Of a stretch of 64,000 bases of DNA, positions 1 to 12,700 are shown one piece after another (the stretch's first letter is position 1; every line of letters begins with the position of its first letter). A program made the translations under genes and the position numbers. Below the pieces are notes generated by a model. That model worked only from the letters and a program-made list of their open reading frames with translations. It had not been told where the DNA came from and searched no databases. This DNA is from Lama guanicoe (taxonomy: Eukaryota): assembly GCA_013239625.1 (NCBI GenBank), contig MU054391.1:992001-1056000 (forward strand), in the 5' to 3' direction.

Positions 1-9
1 AGGTAAGTC

Positions 10-380
10 CCCCAGCCTAGCCTGGCCTTCAGAGCTCCTCAACACTGAACACTCCATCCCCTTGCTCCTCTTCCTCTGCCCCACAGCCCCATCATCTTGA
101 ACGAGTGACCCTGTGGCTTCCGGCCGACCTCCGCCCCCCAGCCCCACAGCACCTGCTGTCCGGACGCCTCCTCCACCTGCAGGAGCTCAGTTCTCTTTGG
201 CTCCCTCAGCCAGCGCCGTCTCCTGCTACCCCCAGGTCACACAGTCCTTCATCAGCTCCTGCAAAGGCCCTTGCGGCTTTCCATCCAACACGAGACGTTG
301 CACGTCAGCATGTGTTAGAAGCCCGCATGTGTGCAGACAGCAGCAGCCAGTGAGCTTCTGGAGTCTTCTTCACCCCATGC
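10..380 (+). mobile_element. Degenerate LINE-2 fragment (approximate bounds)
   Basis: Pyrimidine-rich sequence. The segment 'ctcctgcaaaggcccttgcggctttccatccaacac...' resembles the recalled L2 motif 'ctcaaaacccttcaatggcttcccat'. Confidence 0.35.
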
Positions 381-1184
381 CTTCCACGGTTAGGGCCGCA
401 CCTCTGTATTCACACGCAATGATCCACTCCCTTCCAAAGGATGTTTCCCGGCCCCGACCAGGCAGCACACACGGGGACAGAGTAAGGAGGCGGGGAGGGA
501 AGAGCTGTCATTGAGTCAGCTCTGTCACATCGGGGGTCGGCCCCAGAGGTGACAAAGGCACAGGGGAGGTGACAAGCAGTCTCCCTAATTGGTTCTCAAT
601 GTACACGGAACTTCTTTAAGCAGAGCAATGAAAGGACATCACAGACAATGTGCGATCACGCACAAGCAGTTAACAAAGAAGGGAGGGTGCGGCCTGCTGA
701 GGGCCTGAAGCCCGGCCGGAGCTGCACCGTGACTCCACGCCTCACACCCGCCAGGCCAGCTCAGAGGCTGCGGAGACGCGCTGAGCATGGGACAGGCCCC
801 CGAGGGTCCTGCTAACAACGACCCTCCTCGTCTGAAAACGAGCTGAAGCGAACCCCTTTTCATGTCTCTGACCTACTGGGTCACCTGGTGACCTGTCAGG
901 ACAGACACCCAGGTTCCTGAGGCCTCGGCCCCCTAGAGGTGACCACCATCCCGGGGTCAGGTCGGGAAGCATCACCCGGGGACCCCGGCCGGCCTGTGTG
1001 CACGTGTCTGCTTAAGGGTTTGCGCCACCGGAGGCCGGATCCCACGTGAAGGGTTCTGACCTGCAGCCGGGTGTGAACAGCTGACCTCTTTCGGTTTTGT
1101 TTTATTTCCCCGTCCTTATTCAGGTCCCAAGTGAACACAGGCCCTAGAATGCGGATTTCCGATGTAGAACTTCGGGGGGCTCTT

Positions 1185-1449
1185 CAGAAACAGACTCAAG
1201 ACACAGAGCGCCGACTACGGTCACCTGGGGGGAGGGGGAGGGGTACACCAGGAGTCTGGGGTTTGCAGACACACACTGCTGTATACGAAATAGATGAACC
1301 ACCAGGCCCTGCTGCACAGCACAGGGAGCTGTAGTCAACACCTTGCAATCACCTATAATGGGAAGTAATGTATATGTGTAACTGAATCACTATGCTGTTC
1401 CTGAGACACCAACACAACACTGTGAATCAACTTACTTCAATTAAAAAAG
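1185..1449 (+). mobile_element. L1 3' end, artiodactyl/camelid type, 5'-truncated
   Basis: Contains 'cagaaacagactcaagacacagag...gcacagcacagggagctgtagtcaacaccttgcaatcacctataatggg...actgaatcactatgctg...aacacaacactgtgaatcaacttacttcaattaaaaaa', a typical artiodactyl L1 3'UTR ending in an A-tail. Confidence 0.85.
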
Positions 1450-1660
1450 ATGTGAAGAGTCCGTGACCAACACGGAGCGAGAGCCCTGAGGCCTCCGCCC
1501 GGGCGCTCCATCTAGATGCGCGCGCTCCGGGCCACGAACGCGGCACCCTGTGCCGCTAAGACGAGGCGCGCAGGTGAGGAACCACAGGACCCGGGAGCCC
1601 GGCGAGCGGGAAGGGCCCCGGCCCGCGTGAGCACGAGGAATCGCACTGCAGCTCGCGGGG

Positions 1661-1792
1661 CTTTATTGTTTTTCACATAAAACGTGAGCATTTTAATGAA
1701 TAATTGTAACAACTATTGTAATCACTACCCAGATCAAGAAATAAAACGTTGCAAGTACATCAAACGCTTTCCCTCAACCACATGCCCTTCCC
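1661..1792 (-). mobile_element. Old L1 (L1ME-like) 3' end fragment
   Basis: 'ttgtaatcactacccagatcaagaaataaaacgttgcaagtac' matches the recalled antisense L1ME motif 'tgtaaccaccacccagatcaagaaatagaacattgccagcac'. Confidence 0.6.
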
Positions 1793-1859
1793 TTTAAAAA
1801 AAAATCATTCATTCATTCACTCACTCAGGGCCACCGGAGGCCCCCACCAGGTCGCGCGC

Positions 1860-2214
1860 TCAGGCACGTGTGCGCAGCCCTGAGCCTCCCAGGTGCCGGG
1901 CCGGGAACGGCAGACGTTTGCCTTCTCAGGTCTGGAGGCCGAGTCTGAGATGGGGGGCAGGAGCTCAGGTTTCCGGCCAGGCCCCTCCTGCGACCGCACG
2001 GACGGCCCTCTGGGTCCTCCCTGGCCTCCCGTGTGCACAGAAACCTCCGGGGTCTCTTTCTCTTCCTGTGAGGATGCGAGTCCTGTGGCTCAGGGCCCCA
2101 TCCGTGTGACCCCGTTTAACCTCGATCACCCCGAAGGCCTCAGCCTCCACAGCCACTCTCCTCGGGGGCTGGAGCTTCAATGTACTGATCTGAGGGACAC
2201 GGTTCAGTCTGTTA
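1860..2214 (-). mobile_element. MaLR solo LTR (MLT1A-like)
   Basis: Ordered motifs 'ttctcaggtctggaggccgagtctgagat', 'gtctctttctcttcctgtgaggatgcgagtcctgtggctcagggcccca', 'gaccccgtttaacctcgatcacc' and 'gcttcaatgtactgatctgagggacacggttcagtc' follow the antisense MLT1A LTR. Confidence 0.8.
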
Positions 2215-2599
2215 TCTGCAACGGTCCCACTAACTGGGGGGGACACGGTGTCCACTTTAAAGGGAGGCATCGAAATGCAGAGCCATCCGGAGGTGGGAGC
2301 AAGAGTCCGCCCACAGCTCGGGTCCCGGCACTCACGGTGCTGCCGGGTGCACCGTCGGTGCTGCATTCGAGGGGTCCTGGCAAGGCCCTGCCCGGCCTCC
2401 TGGCTCTTGGCAGAGGGCAGCGACCCCTTCCCGCCCGAAGGCAGGTGTGGCCAGGCCACCCCCAGCCTGCCCAGCACCGCCCGCCCTGGCACACCTTCCT
2501 GTCCCCCGGCTGCCCTCTGGGCTCAGGGTCTCACCGCCCATCCCCCTCCTCGCCCTCCTCTCACCGGACCTGAAGCCGGGCTGCCCTGGGAGGTCCCTC

Positions 2600-3840
2600 C
2601 CGCCCTGCGGGGTGGGTGTCTTCACTTTCCCCACTGCCTGCAGACCCTTGCATCTCCATCTTGAGGTGATAAAGCCTGGCGCCTCTGGGCCTCATGCCCC
2701 TGGGCTCAGCCACCTCTCGGCTCCTCTGGACGCCCGGCCACACTCTCCGTGCGGATGTTTCCTCGCCCCCCGGAGCCTGGGCATCTCCACGACATGCTTA
2801 CTCGCCTCCCGTTGTCACACTTGAACCCCCTCAACAGCCACAGCTGGATCTTTGCCTCATCTGTTTCCCGCTGCCACCTCTTAGCTCACTCCTCCTCCTG
2901 CATCTCAAGCTCCTTCCCCCGGGGCCACCAGCCCCGGCCCTCCTGCCCTGCTGTCCCCAGGCTCGGCCCCCCAGGCTGGACCGCGTCCCCCGTCTAAGGT
3001 CTTGTCTCGTCTCTTCTGTTCCTCTCTCCATCCATGGAGGCACCCAGTCCCTGAGAACTCAGCACCCAGGACGCCCCCCAACACCTCGTGGGACCCCTGG
3101 GCCCCCTCTGAGGCACCACTCTGCTCGGGCACCGGCTGCCTTTCTCATCCGTGACTCAAGGAAGTAGCTCCCAGGTCCTCCCGCTGCACGCGTCACTCAT
3201 TCTCCTGTCTCTGCTGCTCTTCCCACTCATGCTCACAGGCTGTTACTTCCCGCCTTCAAAACACAGTAAAAACAAGCCTCCTGGAGCCTGGATCTGCCCG
3301 CAGCTCCTGCCCCAGCCCCCGCCTCCTTCAGGGGCTGTCGGCGCTCGCTGTCTGCAGGTCCTCTCATTCCTTCTCTCTCCCCACCAGGGCAGCCTCATCC
3401 CCACAGCCAGACTGTGGTCCCAGGTGCCAATGAGCTGGACGTGACCAAGGCCAAGGGTGGCTCCTCAATGCTCTCCGCCCACCACCCATCTGCAGCGTTC
3501 CACACAGTACCCGCCCCTCCCCTGGCCTGGCCTCACCCCCTCTCCCCATGCTGCCCCTCGCAGTCCCCTTGCGGGGTCCTGCCCCAGGGCCTTTGCACCA
3601 GTTTTGTCGGCTGGGATGCTCCCTGTCTCGTTGCTTTGTAACTCTCCTACCAGCCAGACCTTCCAAACTGCCACATACAGAGTAGCCCTGGCTTTTTCCA
3701 GCCCCAGCTCTGAGCTTCCTCTTTCTGGCTTCTGTTCCAACACAGTGTGTTTTTATCTGTTCGCTATTGTCTGCCCTCCCAAACATACACACTAAGATGT
3801 TCTTTCCTAAAAGGCAAGGGTTTTGTTTTACTTGCTACGC
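2600..3840 (+). mobile_element. LINE-2 remnant including RT-domain fragment and 3' end
   Basis: ORF 3414-3641 reads 'ANELDVTKAKGGSSMLSAHHPSAAFHTV', a decayed form of the L2 RT segment '[28 protein letters not shown]'. 'cagggcctttgcacc...gctgggatgctccc' and 'tatctgttcgctattgtctgccctccc...aaggcaagggttttgtttt' match the L2 3' region. Confidence 0.7.
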
Positions 3841-5221
3841 TAACCTTGGAGTTTATGTGATCATGTTTTGAGCAAAATAAACTGAATTATATAAAGTGGG
3901 TAATATTCAGTACTGAGGAAAATGTCAAATAAACGACAGGAAAAATAATAAAAAGAGAGATTTCACACAAGGATTAAAAACATGTAAAGATGACGACTGA
4001 TGAACACAACTTCTGGAAACACCAGCAGCCGGCACGGAAAGTGGAGTGTCGGACAGGCGCTCGCTTCCCTGTGGGGTGTGGGGCTGCGCTGTTTTCAAGC
4101 TTTTTAAGGGGTTCCTGCCAAAAAGACTCCAGGTTTCATCGGGGAGCCTTCATCCACCCAGAAAGCAATGCTTCTGAGGATCGGTCTTTTCCGGTCCGTT
4201 GGAGCCAGACCCATGCCAGGTGCTGGGGGGAGGCGGGATGTCGGGGCTCGCGGCAAACACCCGCCCTGGACCAGCCGTGCTGCAACCTGCCCCGGCCACG
4301 CGAGCTCTAAGGCACTGCGAGTCTGCAAGATGACTAGGGAGGGTCTGGGTTACAAGAAGGAAAATGCCGGGAAAGGCAGCTGCCGCCCAAAACCGGAACT
4401 GGCTGCCTTCATCCCCCACAGGAGCACCACTGTGGGGGAGTCAGTGTTCATGCTCTTCGGGGGCTTCTGAACCTTTGGCCTTTTCCATTAAAATAAAAAT
4501 ACGATATAAAGACCGACTCACGCATTCAAAGTCCTCAAATGTCACAATTTAATTGCAGGGAAAATGTAATTTTCTTCCAAAACTGTTTGGGAGAACTCTT
4601 ACAGCGTGAATTCCCGGCTTCTGGTCTCAGTGGCCCTGAGTTGTGGGTGTCTATGTGCTAGGAGGTTTGCGCTCAGTATTTTTCATAACAGAAATTCTGA
4701 GACAAAGGGGGAGTGTGATGAGAAGGAAGGTCTAGTGCAATTAAAGTGTGTTTTTAAATAAACAGTAAATGCTCACTCTGTCTACAAAGCTGTGGTGCGC
4801 GACGTCTGCGGTGACGTCATGGCGTGTCTGTGTGTCTGTCTCCTTATGACCACGGTCTCACCAAAGCCCTCAGTCACCGTGGTAAATGCAGCCTTGTCCG
4901 TGGTGCCCACGGTGTCATCCGCAGCAGACTCAGCCAGAGCGCCCGCTGTGCCACGGTCCTTGCATCAGACGCTGGGGGCCGGCGGCCAGGCTGTGACCCC
5001 ACTGTGCACCACGAGGCGGCCTGAACAAGGAAGCCGGTCACCATGCAAGTTCACTGAGACAAGGTCAGTACATCTCGGGGCTGTGCGATGGCACCACGCA
5101 GACAGGGTGGGGCACAGAGTTGGGGCCCTGGAGGTGGTGTCCCCACGAGTGGGCGCTAAGGATGCCTGGGGCCCCACGGGGGGGGATGCATTTGGAAAGG
5201 GAATTTAAAAAGGGTATAAAG

Positions 5222-5345
5222 ATGTGCGTGAGAGTGTATTCATGTCAGGGGGAGCATGTAAGCACATGACATGTATGTGCATGTGCGTATGCGTCTGTGT
5301 AGTGGGGGGTGTGCTGTGTGCTGTGTGCACACGTGTGTGTGTTGT
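5222..5345. repeat. Degenerate (TG)n low-complexity tract
   Basis: Interrupted tgtg/tgca/tgta runs seen directly in the sequence. Confidence 0.7.
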
Positions 5346-6394
5346 ACAGCAGGGAGGTGCAAGTTTACCACGTGTTTGGGGACATTAAGTACACAGGAAC
5401 ATCAAGAAATTCCATCCTGAAGAGTCAGTGGGCTCCAGACACTGTGCGGTTAATTGCTTTCAGCTCCACTCTGCCGTCTGGTAGTGGCTCTGCCCTCTGG
5501 GCTCCCTCTGGTCCCAGGGAGCTGACTTTCTGTCTGTGTGATGCCTCGAGAATCTGTCCTCCGACCTGGGGTGCTGGCCCAGCCTTTGGGTTGAGGACCA
5601 CCAAGTGCGAGGGGCTGAGTGGTCTCCTTGGGGACAGGCCGGTGGGGCGGCTGGGACAGCTGGGACAGGGCGCGCCTCCTGTGCTGAGGTGACGTCTTGG
5701 AAACGCACGTGCTCCTCCCCGAGGTCCCCAGGTCTCCAAAGGTGGACGGGCGTCCTCCCCCTTCACCTCACTGGGTGGCAGGAGGTCCTCAGCATCTGCG
5801 AGACACGCCGTCTCAGGCTGCCTTTAAAGAGAATGGGTGTTGTCTTCCTGGACGGTGTCGATGGTTGAAGTTAGGAAGACGCGACCGTCGTGCCGAGAGC
5901 CACACAGAACGTGGTCTTAAGCAGTGCACACACCTGCCGCCCTGCAGACCTGCTCGCCTCGCCCACCGTGAACAGGCGGGCTGGGGAACCAGGTGACCCT
6001 GACCACGTAACAGACCAATGTGGCTCGGGCCGTCTGGGGCTTTCACCAATGTGTCGGGTACTTTGAAAACTCCCTTTGCAAGCGCACACAGAGGTGACCG
6101 CACAGCTCTGAGGACGAGACTGGGGGGCAGGAGGGACGCGGGGGACCCCGGTCATCTCTGCGCTGCCCACCAGCGGCCACTTCCACTGCTCACCTTGACA
6201 GCATCCCGCTCCGCACGCTTCTGAGGCTGGGGCTCCTCCTGCAGCAAGAGCCACAGGAGAGGCTTTGAGAAGGCGGACCTCCACATGACCATCTACTCAT
6301 TTTAGGCTGACAGTAGACGGACTCTCACCCCCCACAGACGTTCACAACAAACGCCACTCACAGACCACGTTTCCCCGCTTTGTCTCTTCTTCCT

Positions 6395-6625
6395 GATTGT
6401 TCCCGTCCTCCACGCTCGATGCCACCCCCTCCAGGAAGCCCTCCCAGCTCTGCCCATCAGAGTGGACATCCCTCCCCTGGAGCTGCCTAAGCACTGCCCG
6501 TGGCACCCAGCATTCACTATTCCTGTTCCCCTCTAAGTCATAAGGCACTTTCGAGGACGCTCAGTCTCCGCCCGTCTTCTTATCCAGCTCAGGGATTTGC
6601 ACAAAGCAGCCACTCCAAGACAGAC
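6395..6625 (+). mobile_element. LINE-2 3' fragment
   Basis: 'gctcgatgccaccccctccaggaagccctccc' resembles L2 'gctcaaatgtcacctcctccaggaagccttccc'. It is followed by a decayed L2 tail. Confidence 0.5.
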
Positions 6626-8035
6626 CCTGTGGGAAGCACTCCTGCCGTCTTTCCTCCACTGAAAGGATGGCTGGGCTCCGGGGCGTGTACAGGTCATCCC
6701 GGGGTGAAGGGAAGGGACAAGCAGACCACACGCGGAGGATGGACAGTCAGGGCAGAGAACGGTGCACACCACGGCGACACACACGTCCACGCCCGCAAGC
6801 CTCTACTCAGTCTATCAGTGAAAGTGTGTTCTCTAGAAAATAGCACTTGTCCAAATTCCCAGTGCTGATCCCGTCCTTAGAACAGCTGTGGGCTGGGCGT
6901 TCAGCAACGTGGAAAAGAGCATTAATTTAAGTACGCGTCTGCAAAGTTACCACCGCCCAAGTGCCGGGCGAGGACAGAAGTGCAACTCAGGGATTGTATT
7001 TACAGAAAAAAATGTAGTCATTTACCCTTTGCACCAGGAAAGAAAAAGAAATAAAAAGCAATTAAATATCCAAGATACAGTCTGGACTGTGGCTAACCTG
7101 ACCTACAAATCCACTGAGCTCCAGTGCGCTGAAGGGAAAAACTCATACTCTAGCCCCAGCAAGTGTCACTGTCCATTTTTATGTCGTTCCGTGAAATACT
7201 TTTCAAGATGTATTCAGTATTACCAGTCACAGGAATGTCACTAATTATTAAATCGATCCAGCTTTTGATTGTAAAACAGAAAAGGTGACTGTTGATTCCA
7301 GAAAGCTCTTCACACAAACCAAGGGCTTCTCCCACGTGGGGCTGCGATAAAGGAAATTCCACATGAGAAGTAAGCAGGCGCGTTCCGGCCCCGTCAGAGC
7401 TGACGACGCGGCCACGGGGGCGCGTGCAGGGGCCCTGCTGCATGTGAGCCGCTCCTGGCTGGGCACCTCTCCGGCCCTCGTTCTAACCGCCTCGGCAACG
7501 TGCCCACGGCCTGGGCTCGTCCACCACGGTTCCTCCTGGCCCAGCCTGGGGGCCGTGGGGCTGTGCTGGCCACTTGCCGGGCTCCCTGGCCCCCTCTGCC
7601 TCCCCCAAGTCTGCATCAGTGTGACTCGAGTGTCACCGGGGGACGGGACTCGGGACCATATCAGCCATCATCTCTGACCCCAGACACTTACACGCGGTGG
7701 TGAAGACAGAGGGGGTATCTCAGAAGGTCCCTCCCAAGTGACTCTTCCTTTTCAGGCCTGTCCGGTGCTTGACTGGTTCATAGTGTCTTGAGAGCTGTGA
7801 CACCGTGGACCCCCCACGGGCTTCTGGTCTGGGCACGGATGACAAGAGTCTGTTCTGTGCTTTGGGCAGTTGTAAGGGCCAACGGTGCGGGCTGTTCCTA
7901 TCCTGCAGGGCTGCTCCCGAATGCGACTGCCGTCTGCGTGTGAGGAACACAGAGCCCCCACGCTTACGCCCCGTCACAACCACGCGACGTCGTCACAACA
8001 GTCCCGCATCCACGACCTCCGATCCCATCCCTCAC

Positions 8036-8093
8036 TTGGCTCCATGCTTGACTCTGCTTCTTTAGGAGAAACCGCATCTATCAAGTACAGCTT
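8036..8093 (-). other. Candidate 58-nt exon (NAGNAG alternative gives 55 nt) carrying an ATG in strong Kozak context
   Basis: Minus strand reads 'catttcctttcctcacttttctcag|AAGCTGTAC...TCAAGCATGGAGCCAA|gtgagg'. Splice signals only; no transcript evidence. Confidence 0.3.
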
Positions 8094-9714
8094 CTGAGAA
8101 AAGTGAGGAAAGGAAATGTGTGTCCAGCTTCTGCCCGTTTGACAATATAAACAAAACCCCTCACAGACAGAGACAGAGAGAGACAGGGAGGCCCTGCACT
8201 CAGCTCAAAGCCCACCAGCCGACAGACCCGGACAAAGGGACCCCGGGAGAAGCGATCGCACGCTGACGGCAAGATTACACGGAATCCGAAAGAGCTAGGA
8301 GATAAGCAGCAGCAAAAAGAAGGATGAGAAAAGGGGGAAAGTGAAAAATGACAGAACCGGTCAGAAAGCTTTAGAGGTAACACGAGATTCACGAGCAACC
8401 GAACACGTCCACGGTCTCAAGTGCGAACCTGCGAAGAAGGTTCTCTTCCCACAGGGGGGTTTAAGCAGGCAAGAGAGACCCCACCGGACCGCAGCTTTGG
8501 CCGTTTCCGGGAACCAGCCTTAAAGGCGCTGGCGACACGTCGCCCCCACACCTGGGCTGCACGGGTGGCGTGCTTATAGACGGACGCGCGTTTGCCGTCG
8601 CTCCCACACCCGCCCGCGTCACCAGCCTGGGTGCCGCTCTTCACCTCTAAGACAACCGGGTGGCCGAGAAACGAGGGCGGACCCGGAGCAGCGAATGCCT
8701 CCCGACCCCGTGGTGCGGTGCACGGGCGGGGAGCCCTACTCCGCGCCCCCGACCAGCCTCTGCCCCCCACTCGGCCTGGGGCGCCCCACACATCCTCTGC
8801 CTCAACGTTCCCCTCTTTGAAGTGCGACGGCGATATTCCCTACCTGGCGGAGTCGTCGGCCTGGCAGGACACCGTCCCTCCACAGACGTGTCCGTGACTG
8901 TGCCACGGGCGTGCGGCCTGAGTGAGCGGAAGCTTCCGGAAAACAGACCCCCAGCCTGAGAGGCGTGGGCGCTTCCGGCGTGGGAAGCCGTCCCACAGGT
9001 CTGAGGTTAGAGCCCCGCGGACGCTACACCGTCCTCCGTCTTGGAGGCAAAGAGAGCGAGGCCCCAGGAGGTGGAGGGGCTGGAAAAGGCGGACGTGGGG
9101 CACATGCTCCGAGCTTTCCCCCCGTTCCCTTCAGGCCTGTCTCTTCCTCCGATCTGTGCACACGGCAGCTTCTCACGGCACAGCTACTAGCAGCTCAGGG
9201 CAAGTGCCTTTGCTTACTTTTTAACAAAACTCCGGGAACCTGCATGGGGGCAGGGAGCATGGCTGTCCTCACGCCCTACGAGGGAGCCCCTCCCACCGGC
9301 TATGAGCACAGCCGACAGGTGAGGCCGAGAAATGCGGCGGGCTTGGTACGGCGGCACTTCATCACCTTGAATAGGGCAAGTCACTTAATTTGTACATTTA
9401 GGAAAACATAGTAAGTGTCATCAAATGCTCAAAACGCTATCACATGGAACAGAAGTCAGTCCCTTACAGCTAGAGTGGTTCCTAACCAGAGCAGGTTCTT
9501 AACATAAATCCCTTGAATTGGATTGAACTGAAGGGAACTGATTCTCTATCTCCCCAGAGGCTGAAATTCGGAACAGTAGGTACATAATATAAAATTTCAA
9601 ACAGTAATTTCACCTCGGGAATACCGGGAATACTGCCCCAGCCCTTCGCACAGCCCCACAGCGGAACGGGCCACCTCGCCCGGGAGCAGGCTGGCCCTTC
9701 CGGGGAACACTCAC

Positions 9715-9741
9715 AGCGCAGCAGAAAAGCTCCCCTTGGGG
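9715..9741 (-). other. Candidate 27-nt exon
   Basis: Minus strand reads 'acctctctgtccccacccag|CCCCAAGGGGAGCTTTTCTGCTGCGCT|gtgagt'. The length is frame-preserving. Splice signals only. Confidence 0.25.
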
Positions 9742-12700
9742 CTGGGTGGGGACAGAGAGGTCGGACGGGACAGCCTGCAGCGCAGTGCGATGCACGCGAG
9801 GAGACGCGCCCTGATGGGCGTGGACCTCAGAGAACCCCAAGTGAGGCCCGGAGAACAGCCGCAGTCACCAGCGCAAAAGCTGACGACGAGACTGCGCTCT
9901 CAGAGCGACTTCACGGCAGCGCTTCCCGCTCAGGCACCCAGGGCGAGGGCGGAGCCTCGACAGCAGGGCTGTGCCCTGTCCACTGACGGATCAGTGGTGT
10001 CCTCGCTGCGTCTCACGCACAGCAGGGACTTCAAATGACGAGTCCGTCAACGAACAAGAGAATGAAAGTGTAGGATCTGGAGCTGAGCTGTCGGGAATTT
10101 GTAATCATGTAGAAATAAAACGTCAGCCTTTTTTCTCTCATACGACGAGATTACTTTTTCTTAAAGTCAAACTCATAGAAGTTGCGTGCAGAGCGGCAGA
10201 TCATGGAAACACAGACACTGGCTACGTTTGGAAGCACAGCCACACGCGCAGAGAGGGCGCACCTTGAAAGCATGTCCTTCTCAGGCGCCTTAGAAGGTGC
10301 ACGTCCTCTGGCTAAGCCACTGTGCTGTGAACTGACGTGAGGACGTGACAGCGTGCGAAAGTGGAGGTCAAATGTTGGCCATTACAGCTTTCTTTGGAAA
10401 GCAGAATTTTAAAACGCCGCCTGATAAAGCGACAGCAGCAGATCAGATACATGTCAGCACACGATCCGCCAAGTGAAAAGGAGGAAAGAACAAGGTGTAT
10501 GGATGATCCGTCTTAAACCAGGAAACAGTCGCACTGGCTGTGGTTTTCGCTGAATTCTGTTTTTTTCAGGGTGTTAACTTTTTTATTATATGGCTGCATT
10601 CTAATATTTTAATTTTTCTACAATGAGCGTATCTTAATCAGGTAAAGAAAACAAAAGTTAAGCCTCCTTCGCTGGCAGTTCAGTGTCAGCAGGAAGGCCA
10701 ACATTCTGAAGACGGGATTCCGACGATGCCACAAAAACGCGAGGGAGAGGACAGACAGACGAACTGGAAAATGCGCCATTTTTGAACAATTAAAAGCAAA
10801 TCGTTTGGTAAATGGAGAACGCAGGTTCATGTCTCACAGCCTTGAAGGGGATTGAAGCTGTCTTGTTTGTAAGAGAAGCATTTCTCAGCCCCCTACGCCC
10901 CCACTCATGGTCCGAGGGGAAAGTAGGGAAAGTCTTGGGTTTGCCTCAAGGTCACAGGTCAGGGCAGAGGTCGCCAACACGCTCTGGTCAGGAAATGCTC
11001 CCCGTTACAGAGATGGAAATTAATGAAATTACATCTCAGGATAGATGTGGAAAGGCATACAAATGACCCCCTAGGATGCACCACCCCGGGGAAAAGAAAC
11101 TCAGGGCGGAAACTCCGGGCGGATTCTTCGAAATCAGTGTGACCGGGCTGGCCATCCAGCTCGCCCGGCCCAGGGTCCTCACGTCTGCCAGGAGGAGAGG
11201 CTCCCTCCTTTCGGAGAGTGCGGTGAGGACTGAAGCAGACTGGGGGAGGCTCACACAGCGCAAGGACGCTGGCAGCATGAGCCGGCCGTGAACAGTCTCC
11301 CTCTCCGTGTGCGGGTCAGCGGTCAAGAGGGGTCTGACAGAAGAATGACATTTGAACAAACATCCCCCTTGCCCCCTACTCTAAGTCTGCCACACGCCCA
11401 CTGGAAAGACAAAGTGGGTGCCAGGACCTGTGCGCTCCAGGACAGGCTCAGTCAGGACTCCCCACCAGTCCGTTTTAAGACTTGTCATGAGGCCGCATGG
11501 AAGAGTCAGAAGCCGTCTGAGATCTGCAGACCCCACGTGAGTGTCAGGAACAAGAAGTGAAGAGATTAGACCCACCGCGCAGAGATGTGGATACGCTGCT
11601 TGGTCGGTGCCCTTGGCTTGATTCGGTTCGTTTCTGAAATATCTGCGTTACGTGCGAGGCTCTGTAGATGTAACGATTTCCAAATGAGTCATGGCTGATG
11701 TACCAGTTAACCCAGGTCTATTTGATCAACTAAACAAAGCATGAAATCGAAGCATCTAAAGAGCCAAACAACAGGACACACCGGTAGAAAAGACCCTTTC
11801 TCCAGGGGCCTGATCTAGCAGCAGGCATCCCTGCACTGCGAGGTCTGCTTGTTTCAGGTGACCATGCGGTCCTAGTGGACCACAGCCCCGCTATGTTAAC
11901 CTACCATGCTCGGCGACTCCTCAGGGATCCACGTGGAGCAGACAGGTGTCCAGACGGCAGCTGCGTGCACTCCGGCTCCGCCTCCGAGTGGGCTTCTCTG
12001 CATGTGAGAGAGAGCAGGACAAGGGGTTAGTGGAACTGAGGCTGGCCCTCGACTCGATGAGGACGCATGGTGTCCCCACGTGTAAGCTGTTCTCCTTAAA
12101 TTAGCGGAGGCCGTGCACACATGCATTTACACTCATTGCCCCGCAGCCGGGGAAGAGGCCTGGCCCTACACGTCCCTGCCGTGTATCATCCAAGGGGCAG
12201 TGCTTTCAAAACAGAAGTCTGTTCTTTAGTAAAAACTAAGGAACGAGGGCAGGTGTGTGAAACTTGAGTCAGTCCCTAGGTCTCTGGCCTCCCTGCAAAG
12301 ACACCAACAAAGGGAGCTGACTCAGAGATGAGCTCAGACGCCCAGGGCGCCACCTGCTTGTCAGGGGGCAGTCCGCCATCCACAGAAGGTCCTGGGCCGC
12401 AGGGCAGGGCGCGCACCTGGGCTTAAATACACCCGGCAGTGCTGCAGGGTCAAACGAGGATCTCACAGATCGCTCACGGGAGGCCAGACAGGACTAACTC
12501 AGCAATGAAAATATTTTTTTTAATAATAAGAGTACAGAAAGAAGGAACGGGGGAAGAAGGAAGTTTCTGGCATTTTCCTGTCTTCCAGGCTGCCTGAGGA
12601 AAAGGACCCCTTGGGAACGTGAGTTCACTTTTCTAACCCCCGACCTGATTCACTCCCATCTTAGCAGCTCTGTGGGAGGAGACACGAAACGAGAGATGTA

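Noticed and set aside
12347-12360. CTCF-like motif caagcaggtggcgc (minus strand)
   Set aside because: Mismatch at a highly conserved core C. Near-matches are common in GC-rich DNA.
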